Of a stretch of 64,000 nt of DNA, positions 34,014 through 45,435 are shown in pieces. The notes beneath the pieces were generated by a model. The model saw only the letters and a list, made by a program, of their open reading frames with translations, searched no databases and was not told the DNA's origin. This DNA comes from Hormiphora californensis (lineage: Eukaryota > Animalia > Ctenophora), in assembly GCA_020137815.1 (NCBI GenBank), contig CM035360.1:2852001-2916000 (forward strand), written 5' to 3'. A program made the translations under genes and the position numbers. The first letter of the stretch is position 1; each line of letters opens with the position of its first letter.

Positions 34014-35194
34014 TACGGTGACAATCTAATGACAATCTAATGACAATTTTTATAGCTTGATTTTATAATCGAGAGTTGGTTTTTTATGCAATTAAACCTT
34101 TTTTATATTTACAGCAATTATTATATCCCGAAATAGAAACCCATTTTAATTCTTATTTTAATCTTGTTCAATTAGCGGCAACTGTATCGCTATTTTAATT
34201 GTAATCGCATTTTAATTTAATTTTAATTTTAATCAAAAGGTGTCATGTTTTTATGTCCTTTTCGTCGCACTCAAGCTTAAATTCTTCCCTTCTTTTAACT
34301 TCGAAGTATCATATAAAATCAGGTATCACAATTTTCCCATACAATCATTGAGACAACATATACTATTCTTATTTCTTAAGCGCTTTCAAATGTAGAAGAG
34401 TTTCCTTACTAAAACCCAACACTTTTCCCTATCTAGGAGCTGATACATGACAAAATCATTCACCACCGAGTTTCGCCTAGCCCTGCCCACTAAGGCTGAG
34501 GAATCATGCCACAGCGACAAAAAACGCTATCATGGGTTCCGATGGCTCATTCGATCCAAAGCGTTTCCCCCTTCTGATTCTGTTGGCATTTACCTTGTTT
34601 GTGAACCGCTCGATCCGTTAACCGAGTGGAGTTGCACTGTCATGTTCGCACTTGAAGAAATCGGCTCCGGCTGTAAAAGTGAGCATCTACATTCTTCCTA
34701 TACCTTCTCGAGTGAAAATCCGTGTGGCCGAGGATGCAACAACTTCATGACTTTTGAGGACCGGGAGATCACGATAAAAGCTTGTGTTACCATATTCGGA
34801 AGTAAGATAAGGTCAGTGTTTGGTCCACTGGTTCCATCCCCGATTTCTCTGCTTCCTGTTGGTCAAAAAAAGTTCAACGCCGAATTTTCTGTGACTCTGT
34901 CAGACAAGGTAGACGTGTCAAGCTCGAGCAATCCGAAACTCATGTTTGATTTTTTGTGGAGTATTAGCACGAAGACATCTTCTTCTGGTGTTACTGGAAT
35001 CTATCTTCGATGTACCCCAGTTAGTTCGATGGTGGAGTGGAGTTGCAGTGTTAACTTTTCATTGGAAGACGTGGAATCTGGGACGAAAAAGAGTACTAAG
35101 AACAACGTATTCTCTGGAACAAACACTTCAGTAGGTTGGAAAGATTTCATGGGATTAAGGGGACGGAAGATTACGATTAAAGCGTTTGTTACTA

Positions 35195-36487
35195 CAGTCG
35201 GACCCCGATTTAGTGGCATCCTCGGGGGAAAAAAATCCTGCCACTAAATCGGGGTGCCACTAAATCGAGGTGAGCCATATTTGGCCCATAAAAACCTATT
35301 TTATGCCCAAAATGCTATACTAAAACTAAAGACACCTCTAACTGTTATCCTTATTATAATAAGCAAATGCGTGGCGTGATGGTGGTGATGTAGTATCCAC
35401 ACGTGCAAATAGTGGGGGTTGCCAAGGGAGGGGTATTGGAGATTGTGGGGGGATACTGCACGTGCATGTTGTTGGTTGTTTGTTGCGAGTTCCTGTGTTG
35501 TTCCTGTGGTGCTTTGGGATCTACTACTGGAGCTGCCATGATTGCCAAAGCCTTTCTACCTACGTACCCCGTTGATTCTCTACACAGCTACAATTCTACG
35601 GATCTTTATCACCTGATTCTACATGTTATTCAGCGAGATTTCCCTTGATGTTTATCACCGGCGCTCTACCACTACAAACCTCCTTATTCTTTACCCCGAC
35701 ATGGAGAGACGAAGAGTAAGAGGGGGGGGGACATAGAGACGGGGGGGGGGGTGTTGTAGGACTTAACAATGGGCTTTCTAGTATGCAATATTCATGTATT
35801 GATGACATGATCATTTCTGATTAGAAATAGAAAACTATAAATTAATTTTTTCAAAAAAATTGTGAAAATTTTTCTAAGTTATACCGGCCCGTCCGATTTG
35901 TGTTTCGAATCGGTGCAGCTTACTGGATGTCCTGTCTAATTAGCGGGTTCGAAACGAACCGATACGTGATACCATGCCGAATTGGTGCACCCTAAGCGGG
36001 TAAGGAAGTATCAAAATTTCAAAATATTTTTTTTCTCTCAAAATTTATGGGGAGCACCGATCAAAGCATTGACAATCTTACTGTAAAGTTTTGCAAAAAA
36101 AGTTTTAATTTTTTTAAAGGTATACCAGCCACGTCCGAATCCTGTTTCGAATCGGTGCATATTATCGCATGGCCTGCTGCTAATTAGACGGTTCGGAACG
36201 AATCGAAACGTGATCCCCATCAAATCAAAATTTTGACGCTTGGTGAACTTGTGATACAATGGCCTTATGGGGATCACGTATCGGTTCTTTCCGAACCGTC
36301 TAATTAGCAGCAGGACATGCGATAAGATTCACTGATTCGAAACACGATTCGGACGTGGCTGGTGTTTCTTTGAAAAATCTTCAAAAAATTTTCACAAAAA
36401 AAATCAAAAAAATTTTTGGGGGAAAAAAATCCTGCCACTAAATCGGGGTGCCACTAAATCGGGGGCCACTAAATCGGGGTCCGACTG
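35195..36487 (+). mobile_element. Tc1/mariner-pogo-type non-autonomous element inserted into MATH-BTB gene B1
   Basis: TA TSD shown by the empty site tttgttac-ta-taacag in paralog B2 (39971-39986); TIR cagtcggaccccgattta. Confidence 0.95.
35348..35781 (+). mobile_element. Non-autonomous Helitron-like insertion nested in the MITE
   Basis: Begins TC (tccttattataataag) and ends CTAG; inserted between A and T with no TSD; the empty site tgtta|tatgc is seen in the sibling at ~19541. Confidence 0.75.
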
Positions 36488-37417
36488 TATAACAGATATC
36501 TCCATGGGTCAACCTCTCCTGATACCCCTCGCAGCAGCGCCAATAGTAAAGTTCAACGTGAAATGGGCAAAAGAGGGATGCCTGAATTTCTTTAAGAAAC
36601 GTCTCCCCAGATCTCTGAAGATCTTCAATACCTACCGGAACTTTGCTCTTTTAGCTTTGAACTTGTCAGTTAATCTTGAAAATCATTCCTTCTTGGTACA
36701 CCTGTTCTCGAGCGTCCCTGAGAGGAAAGAGGCCCTCCTGTTCCACGTTTCCCGAATGTTGGCCGGGGAAACTGACTGTTCCATTACAGAGTTAGAGCTG
36801 ATTGTGGCGCTGGTTGTAGAGTTTGGGGAGGCAAATGGGTTTGTCAAACTTCTGGCAGTGTTCAGTCAAGGTAAAAGAACCACGCTGGTGGATCACATTT
36901 TGGAGAACTTCAACTTTTCCCTCTGCAATGAAGGATCTCTCACAACGCTGTCCAAAGCTTTAAAAGAACACACTGGTGAACGTTTTGCAGAGAGTTTCCT
37001 CGATGGGATAAAGATGGAAGCAAATGAAGAGGGATTAGAAAGATCTGAGCCGAATAATGACGAGATACTTCCAGTCAATGACACTCTTTTAACCCTGTCT
37101 AGAAACAACTGGTTCAAAAACAAGGCATCCTGTTGGCCGTGTTCAAAACAACGCCCGTTTACACTGAGGAAGAGGCAGCTGTTGAAAAAGGAGGCTGATG
37201 AAGCTAATGTTGAGATAAAAGAAGAGGTTTTAGAAGTTGCGGAACAAGTGGTGAATGGGGAGAAAGTAGCAGAAATCGTGGATGGGGAGAAGGTAGCAGA
37301 AATCGTGGGTGGGGAGAAAGTAGCAGAAATCGTGGGTGGGGAGAAGGTAGCAGTTGATGTGAAAGAGGAAGAAGAGGAAAAGGAAAATCAGGCTCCAAAG
37401 AGAAGAAAAACTCGATC

Positions 37418-38799
37418 TGTTCTACAGTGGCCAAAATTTCAGTCACGGTTGTCCGAAGTTTATGAAGTTTGATGAAACAGTAAAGATACAGGCCGACATT
37501 ACCATTGAAAAATCTTACTTTGGTAGACCCGTCATTGAGATTCTACCGTCAGCTAACGAAACAGTATTTCGTCGTGGGTTCCCTCACAACATAGGATCCT
37601 ACAAGGCAACAACAAGTCATGTGGTATGCGGGAAAACCTGGACCATTTCTGTTCTTCTCGCCAATGGGGTGTTGTCTCTCAGGGGTGATTGCTATGACAC
37701 ATCATTCGGACACAACGAGGAGAAAATTGATGGAACTATGGTTTTACTGTTTGAGAATATAAAGGAAATCATCCATTTGCGAAGTAGTTGCTCAGTTTTG
37801 ATGGGAAAGCGTCAAACTGAGATGGTCTTCACGTTCATTGTCTACAACTACCAACCTTCGCCTCGGGTAGGAGTAAACTACGGAAAAGAATTTACCGGAC
37901 AACCACACGGAAACATAACTTTCCTTCTGGTTGATGGTAGATCTCTCCCTGTAAACTCTTACATCCTCTCACGCAATTCCACCGTCCTGAAAAACCTCAT
38001 TGAAAAGAAAGGTAATACTGAACACGATATGTGTGGATTTGAGGGTGATTCTGTTCAGGCTTTTGTAGATTTCTGCTACTCGGGAACTATTGTAGAAAGC
38101 CTTCTCACAATGAAGTTTCCCGCATTGTTTGATTTTGTGAGAATGATAACCGTGTTCAACGTTGAATGTGCTAAACGGGGATGTTTGGATTTGTTTAAAA
38201 AACATTTACCAAATGCCCTGGTTGACTTCAATTTGTGGTGGACCTTTGCTATCTTTGCGGTGGAGTTAACTGTGAAACATGGCGATGATTCCTTCCTCAT
38301 CGAGGTGATCTCTTCAGCTACAAAGAATAAGAACAGGCCATGGTTACACTTTTCCAGTATGTGGAGAGAAGCAACGAACTATTCTCAAGTTGACCTGCTA
38401 ATGGCCCTGGCTGTCGAGTCTAATCTCACAAAAGGATTTGTTGATCAACTGCACTCCGTTTTGAAATGGTGCAAAGACGAGAAGACTCCTTTGGTTGACT
38501 ACATTTTGGAAAATTTCAATTTTTCCCTTTGCGACAAAGAATGCATCACGCTGCTGTCTGGAGCTTTGGAGAAATTTAATACTGAAAGTGATGCGTTTAA
38601 AGCTTTAGAGAAAGGGCAAAATGAATCCGATGAGAAGACTCTAGCGGACGTGGCCAGGAACCATTGGAACACTATAAGGAATTCCACTTGGCCGTGTTCT
38701 GAGAGGCGACCGTTTTCAAAAGTGAGATGTGAATACTTGGTTGCTAACCCAAGAAGGAGGAAAACTCGATCATCAACTCTGGCAACTCGGGGTGCCTAG
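37418..38799 (+). pseudogene. 5'-truncated duplicate A2 of MATH-BTB gene A (445-aa ORF at 37462-38799 lacks most of the first MATH domain)
   Basis: Nearly identical to 32635-34013 (a few substitutions plus one extra AAG codon); lacks A1's upstream region and first 78 codons. Confidence 0.75.
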
Positions 38800-39232
38800 T
38801 ACGGTGACAATCTAATGACAATCTAATGACAATTTTTATAGCTTGATTTTATAATCGAGAGTTGGTTTTTTATGCAATTAAACCTTTTTTATATTTACAG
38901 CAATTATTATATCCCGAAATAGAAACCCATTTTAATTCTTATTTTAATCTTGTTCAATTAGCGGCAACTGTATCGCTATTTTAATTGTAATCGCATTTTA
39001 ATTTAATTTTAATTTTAATCAAAAGGTGTCATGTTTTTATGTCCTTTTCGTCGCACTCAAGCTTAAATTCTTCCCTTCTTTTAACTTCGAAGTATCATAT
39101 AAAATCAGGTATCACAATTTTCCCATACAATCATTGAGACAACATATACTATTCTTATTTCTTAAGCGCTTTCAAATGTAGAAGAGTTTCCTTACTAAAA
39201 CCCAACACTTTTCCCTATCTAGGAGCTGATAC

Positions 39233-41548
39233 ATGACAAAATCATTCACCACCGAGTTTCGCCTAGCCCTGCCCACTAAGGCTGAGGAATCATGCCACAG
39301 CGACAAAAAACGCTATCATGGGTTCCGATGGCTCATTCGATCCAAAGCGTTTCCCCCTTCTGATTCTGTTGGCATTTACCTTGTTTGTGAACCGCTCGAT
39401 CCGTTAACCGAGTGGAGTTGCACTGTCATGTTCGCACTTGAAGAAATCGGCTCCGGCTGTAAAAGTGAGCATCTACATTCTTCCTATACCTTCTCGAGTG
39501 AAAATCCGTGTGGCCGAGGATGCAACAACTTCATGACTTTTGAGGACCGGGAGATCACGATAAAAGCTTGTGTTACCATATTCGGAAGTAAGATAAGGTC
39601 AGTGTTTGGTCCACTGGTTCCATCCCCGATTTCTCTGCTTCCTGTTGGTCAAAAAAAGTTCAACGCCGAATTTTCTGTGACTCTGTCAGACAAGGTAGAC
39701 GTGTCAAGCTCGAGCAATCCGAAACTCATGTTTGATTTTTTGTGGAGTATTAGCACGAAGACATCTTCTTCTGGTGTTACTGGAATCTATCTTCGATGTA
39801 CCCCAGTTAGTTCGATGGTGGAGTGGAGTTGCAGTGTTAACTTTTCATTGGAAGACGTGGAATCTGGGACGAAAAAGAGTACTAAGAACAACGTATTCTC
39901 TGGAACAAACACTTCAGTAGGTTGGAAAGATTTCATGGGATTAAGGGGACGGAAGATTACGATTAAAGCGTTTGTTACTATAACAGATATCTCCATGGGT
40001 CAACCTCTCCTGATACCCCTCGCAGCAGCGCCAAAGGATGTCATGTCATTCCATCGAAGGCTTCCTGAAATTGCTCCACCTTACATAGCCACATCTGGTC
40101 ATCAAGCACACGGAAAGACTTGGATGATAAAGGTCAATGCCCATGTTTCTGATATCTTTTTTAGTATAACCTGCTACAATATGGATACAGGCGTTAAGGA
40201 AGTCCTGAAAGGAACTGTCGTCGTAATTCTAAAAAATGACCCAGTTTTGAGAACGATGGGAGATTTGGGTACAACTTCCAGTCTCAGGATGGGGATGAAT
40301 AGTCCAGCAGGGAAAGTGGTAACATTTCTCATCGATGTTTCGTCTCATTCTGAATACACCCAAATACTTCGGGGAATCGACTTTGGAAGGGAGAGTTTGC
40401 AAATTCAAGCGCATGGCAACATCAAGTTTACACTAAAAAACAAGATTGTTATCCCACTAAACTCCTACATTCTTGCCCAAAACTCTCCTGTCCTGAAGAA
40501 TTTAATCGAGAAAGAAGGGACATTTGATCACGATATGAGTGACTTTGAGTCCACGGCCGTTCAGATCTTCATTGATGCGTGTTATTCAGGAAACCTTGAT
40601 AAGTTGACTGAATTTATAGACTTCAAGGTTTATAGTGACTTCACTCTCATGATAGTAAAGTTCAACGTGAAATGGGCAAAAGAGGGATGCCTGAATTTCT
40701 TTAAGAAACGTCTCCCCAGATCTCTGAAGATCTTCAATACCTACCGGAACTTTGCTCTTTTAGCTTTGAACTTGTCAGTTAATCTTGAAAATCATTCCTT
40801 CTTGGTACACCTGTTCTCGAGCGTCCCTGAGAGGAAAGAGGCCCTCCTGTTCCACGTTTCCCGAATGTTGGCCGGGGAAACTGACTGTTCCATTACAGAG
40901 TTAGAGCTGATTGTGGCGCTGGTTGTAGAGTTTGGGGAGGCAAATGGGTTTGTCAAACTTCTGGCAGTGTTCAGTCAAGGTAAAAGAACCACGCTGGTGG
41001 ATCACATTTTGGAGAACTTCAACTTTTCCCTCTGCAATGAAGGATCTCTCACAACGCTGTCCAAAGCTTTAAAAGAACACACTGGTGAACGTTTTGCAGA
41101 GAGTTTCCTCGATGGGATAAAGATGGAAGCAAATGAAGAGGGATTAGAAAGATCTGAGCCGAATAATGACGAGATACTTCCAGTCAATGACACTCTTTTA
41201 ACCCTGTCTAGAAACAACTGGTTCAAAAACAAGGCATCCTGTTGGCCGTGTTCAAAACAACGCCCGTTTACACTGAGGAAGAGGCAGCTGTTGAAAAAGG
41301 AGGCTGATGAAGCTAATGTTGAGATAAAAGAAGAGGTTTTAGAAGTTGCGGAACAAGTGGTGAATGGGGAGAAAGTAGCAGAAATCGTGGATGGGGAGAA
41401 GGTAGCAGAAATCGTGGGTGGGGAGAAAGTAGCAGAAATCGTGGGTGGGGAGAAGGTAGCAGTTGATGTGAAAGAGGAAGAAGAGGAAAAGGAAAATCAG
41501 GCTCCAAAGAGAAGAAAAACTCGATCAATGACAAAATTGAATGAGTGA
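39233..41548 (+). CDS. Intronless double-MATH-like/BTB protein (array gene B2, intact, 771 aa)
   Basis: Two MATH-like repeats (HGFRWLI..GIYLVC..EWSC; FDFLWSI..GIYLRC..EWSC); BTB HGNIKF..IPLNSYILAQNSPVLKNLI..FIDACYSG; 9-aa GEKVAEIV(D/G) repeats; NLS PKRRKTRS. Confidence 0.92.
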   Translation: MTKSFTTEFRLALPTKAEESCHSDKKRYHGFRWLIRSKAFPPSDSVGIYLVCEPLDPLTEWSCTVMFALEEIGSGCKSEHLHSSYTFSSENPCGRGCNNFMTFEDREITIKACVTIFGSKIRSVFGPLVPSPISLLPVGQKKFNAEFSVTLSDKVDVSSSSNPKLMFDFLWSISTKTSSSGVTGIYLRCTPVSSMVEWSCSVNFSLEDVESGTKKSTKNNVFSGTNTSVGWKDFMGLRGRKITIKAFVTITDISMGQPLLIPLAAAPKDVMSFHRRLPEIAPPYIATSGHQAHGKTWMIKVNAHVSDIFFSITCYNMDTGVKEVLKGTVVVILKNDPVLRTMGDLGTTSSLRMGMNSPAGKVVTFLIDVSSHSEYTQILRGIDFGRESLQIQAHGNIKFTLKNKIVIPLNSYILAQNSPVLKNLIEKEGTFDHDMSDFESTAVQIFIDACYSGNLDKLTEFIDFKVYSDFTLMIVKFNVKWAKEGCLNFFKKRLPRSLKIFNTYRNFALLALNLSVNLENHSFLVHLFSSVPERKEALLFHVSRMLAGETDCSITELELIVALVVEFGEANGFVKLLAVFSQGKRTTLVDHILENFNFSLCNEGSLTTLSKALKEHTGERFAESFLDGIKMEANEEGLERSEPNNDEILPVNDTLLTLSRNNWFKNKASCWPCSKQRPFTLRKRQLLKKEADEANVEIKEEVLEVAEQVVNGEKVAEIVDGEKVAEIVGGEKVAEIVGGEKVAVDVKEEEEEKENQAPKRRKTRSMTKLNE

Positions 41549-41968
41549 ATAGGACCAGTGATATTATACCTAGGTTGCTTTGAATTTTAGAGACAGTTAA
41601 TTAATTTATTCAAACTGCTTTATGATAATTATACGCTGGATTAGAGTTTAATTCCTTATCAAACCAAAATCTTTTTTTTTAAATATCTCGCTGGAAATTG
41701 TATGGCAATGAATTGATACAAGTAAACAGCTTTGATTTTTTGTAAGGCCAGAAAGTTGATCGAATCAATGAAAAAAAACTAATTGATTTTTAATTATCCA
41801 ATCCGTAAATTATTCATTATATAATAATTGTTTTATACTTATCTTTTGTGTTTCCTGTGTTATGACCCCACCCCCAGAATCTCCCATCCGTGAATCTTCC
41901 CAATGAATTGTGATCTTCGTCTGAATACAGATAATATAACCCACCCTTTTCCCCCTTTAGGAGCTGAA

Positions 41969-44543
41969 ATGACCATAAAGTTCCGCGAAGAGTTTCGCTT
42001 ACCAATGCCCACCAAGGATCAAGAATCGACGCAAAGCGACAAAAAACTTCATCGCGGTTTTCACTGGTTCATCAAGTCCAAAGCGTTTCTTGCTCCTCTT
42101 CTTATCAGAAAGTCTATTGGAATGTTTCTACACTGTGAACCGGCTTATGCTGCTGAGGACTGGAGTTGTACCACATTGTTCACGCTGGAAGACAAGAAAT
42201 CTAAGGCCAGAAACGGGAAAGGGAATGTTTTCTCCAACAACAAGTCACATGGCAGTGGTTTTAAGCATTTGCTAAAGTTTGAGGACCCTGACCAGCGATC
42301 TGAGACTGAGGTTACGATAGTTGCGAGTGTATCTATTCTTGGGATGAAATTACCGAAATCCTATGCCCCGTTAACACCTCCTCCTAAGAGTTTAGTTCCT
42401 GCACCTCCCGAAGCAGCAAAATCCTTCTCTACTGAATTCTCCCTGACCGTCACCGATAAACCGATATCAAGCAATATGAGGATCTTTCATGACTTTTTCT
42501 GGCATATCGAATCCAAAAAGGTTGACCCCTATTTTTTTGGTATCTTCTTACACTGTAAACCAGTTAACTCATCGGAAGAATGGAGATGTACTGCTAAGTT
42601 CTCTCTAGAAGAAATTACATCCGGGACGTTGAAGGAGGCATCATATAATACCTTCAGTAGCACCACCTCCACCAGTTTGGGATGGCTCAATTTTATGAAG
42701 TTTTCGGACAATCAGATCACTATACGAGCCTGTGTTACAATCAAATCTTCGCAAATTGGTCAACCGATTCTTGCTTCGCTTACTGGAGGTGAGAAAGACA
42801 CGATGACCATCCACAGACGCCTTCCACAGAACGGCGGCCCCTACAATGGTAGCACAGTCCACCGTGCCAATGGTAAATCATGGATTGTAAATGTTAGTCA
42901 AACAGCATCTCAGTTCAGTGTTTTAGTGACCTGTTACGATGGAGAATCAGGTATGAAACAAACTGGAACCGGTACTGTAGTGTCAATTGTGAAGCAATCA
43001 CCCGTTCTGAGAGGCATTGGTGATATGGGAAAATGGACCAGCTTCAACATCAGCAACGGTTCAACAGCTGGAAAAGTGTTGACGATCATGATTGATGACA
43101 TTCCATCCTGGTGAAGCGCCAATTGCTCGAGGTACTGGACTTTGGAAGGAAAGTGTTTGTCTATTAGACCTCACGGAAATGTCTCCTTCAAGTTAAAAGA
43201 CAAGACTATCATCCCCCTGAACTCCTACATCCTCGCTCAAAACTCTACTGTCCTGCAAAATCTCATCGAGGAGGATGGTAAACTTGATCCATGACCTCAG
43301 CGACTATGAGTCGGAGTCTGTTCGCATTTTCATTGATGCCTGTTACTCTGGGACCCTTTCTAAACTAACTGATTCCACGACAATCGAGGTCTTCAGCGAT
43401 TTGATCCTCATCGTAAACAAGTTTAATGTTGAATGGGCCAAAGATTGGTGTCTTGATTTCTTCAAAAGGCACCTCCCTAAATCACTTGATAACTTCTCTT
43501 CATACTGGGAATTCGCTCTCCTCGCGTTGGATGCATCGATAACCTTTGAAAACCACACATTCATGTCCCACATTATATCGAATGTTCCAGAGAAAAAGGA
43601 GGTCCTTCTATTCCACTGCTTCAGGCTACTCGACGAGTCCTCAATGGACCAACATTCTCAGCGTAAACTTGAGCTGATGTTGGCACTGGTGGTGGAGTTC
43701 AATCTTCTCAATGGTTTCATGCTCAACTTGCACAAGATTCTGATCCAGGGCAAGAGGAATCCCCTTATCGACCACATCCTTGATAACTTTAACTTTGGAT
43801 TGTGCGATGAGCAGTGTATTGCAAATCTGTCATCAGCCATGGTTCACCGGAACATGTCGAGGTTTGCAAAGAATTTTATCCGGGGAATTAGGAGGGAGAA
43901 AAGTGCTGCAGAAGATGATTGCTCGGAAGTCGCGAAAGGGAAAATACAACCCTTGGATGGAAGATTAGCAACCCTTGCAAGGAACTATTGGATACTGATT
44001 GGAAATTCATCTTGGCCGTGTTCCAGACAGCGTCCATTCACACTGGTGAGGAGACAGCTGGTAGGGAACGTGGATCAGATGAAAAAAGTTGTGGAAGTGA
44101 TAGACCTTCTTGAAATAAAAGATGAAGAAGACGAAGAGATGGAGGAAGAGATGGGCAGGGAAGGAAGAAGGAAGTGAAGAAGAAGAGATGGGCAGCGAAG
44201 GTGAAGGAAGCTGAAGAAGAAGAGATGGGCAGCGAAGGTGAAGGAAGCGAAGAAGGAGAGGAGGATGAAGAGAAGAAGAAGAGGATGAAGATGAAAAAAG
44301 TGAAAAAGAAGAAGAAAAGATCGACAATGGATATGAAGATACTCAAGAAAAAGATGATGAAGATGGAGAAGACGTTGAAGAGATTGGTAGTGAAGAGAAT
44401 GAGTGCAAACCAGAGGTGGGCAAGACAGATACGATACCAGAGGATAACATGGAATCGTTGTCAAGGGAGAGGATGAGGAGGAGAAGGAAAGTTCTAGTCC
44501 AAAGAGAAGGAAAACCCGATCCATGTCCAGACTGAACGTCTGA
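41969..44543 (+). CDS. Double-MATH-like/BTB protein (array gene C) with apparent frameshifts and a long acidic tail; may be a pseudogene
   Basis: ORF pieces 41903-43114 and 43275-44177, plus an acidic tail ending PKRRKTRSMSRLNV*. Frameshifts lie near 43107, 43128-43150, 43289 and ~44160, mostly single extra bases in short runs. Confidence 0.8.
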
Positions 44544-44808
44544 ACTAACCTGAAAAGAACTATTTTGATTCAATAGTGGAACAAATGTTTAATTTATTAA
44601 CTCTAATTCGTATAATGCTTGTTTAATAAATGCTACACTTTGCAGAGAACAAAACAATTTATACACGATTTAAACATAACGGTGAAACACCGATTATTTT
44701 TGTAATCCTAAGCAAACCACTCAACGTGTATCCGTGTTTCATTACTAAACTAATTGATTAGAAAGTGAGTGTTAGCCGTCTATAAACGAGCATCGGTGAT
44801 ATTTTTAA

Positions 44809-45258
44809 AGGTTGACAAGATACCTAAAACTTTTCGTATATCGTCTTATTTTGATTTATCATTAATTTTCAGCATTTTTTCAGAATTTTTTGTCGGCTAG
44901 AAAAAAAATCGAAATAGGGGGTCTACCGATATTGTCAGCACTGGTTTTACTGGGCACACTCACTGCGTCTCGCAAATTGAAATTCACGTTTCCGGTTCCT
45001 CAAAAGATAAAGACTTGATCTTGGTTGCGTTGGATTGGTCTCAATAAGACCTTTCCAACGCTACCAAAACGGTTTCTGTATCTCATCAGGAACCGGAGAT
45101 ATTACGTTATCAATTTTAAAAAAGGCACACTCATTTGTCAGTAGACCCCCTATTTTGCACATATTTCTAGCCGACAAAAAATTCTGAAAAAATGCTGAAA
45201 ATTAATGATAAATCAAAATAAGACGATATACGAAAAGTTTTAGGTATCTTGTCAACCT
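44809..45258. mobile_element. Kolobok-like MITE (AG termini, TTAA TSD, long TIRs)
   Basis: ttaa|aggttgacaagatacctaaaacttttcg...cgaaaagttttaggtatcttgtcaacct|ttaa. Confidence 0.85.
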
Positions 45259-45435
45259 TTAATAGTATTTTTAACCAAATTTTTATTGTATCCGCTGTAT
45301 TTTTTAATCAATATTTTTATAATTTTTATTCCGTACCTCCGTGTTTAATTACAAAATGCTGTAAACCCTTCCCTGTTAATCTAACCCCAACCACCCTCTC
45401 CCCTATAGCTAGAATAGCTCGGAGGTGACTATATA

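Larger units (their letters stand above)
34447..37417 (+). pseudogene. Disrupted copy B1 of the double-MATH/BTB gene
   Basis: Nearly identical to 39233-41526, except for a MITE at 35195-36487, an in-frame 618-bp deletion removing most of the BTB domain (junction gcgcca|atagta at ~36542), and 3' fusion to copy A2 at 37417/37418. Confidence 0.9.
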
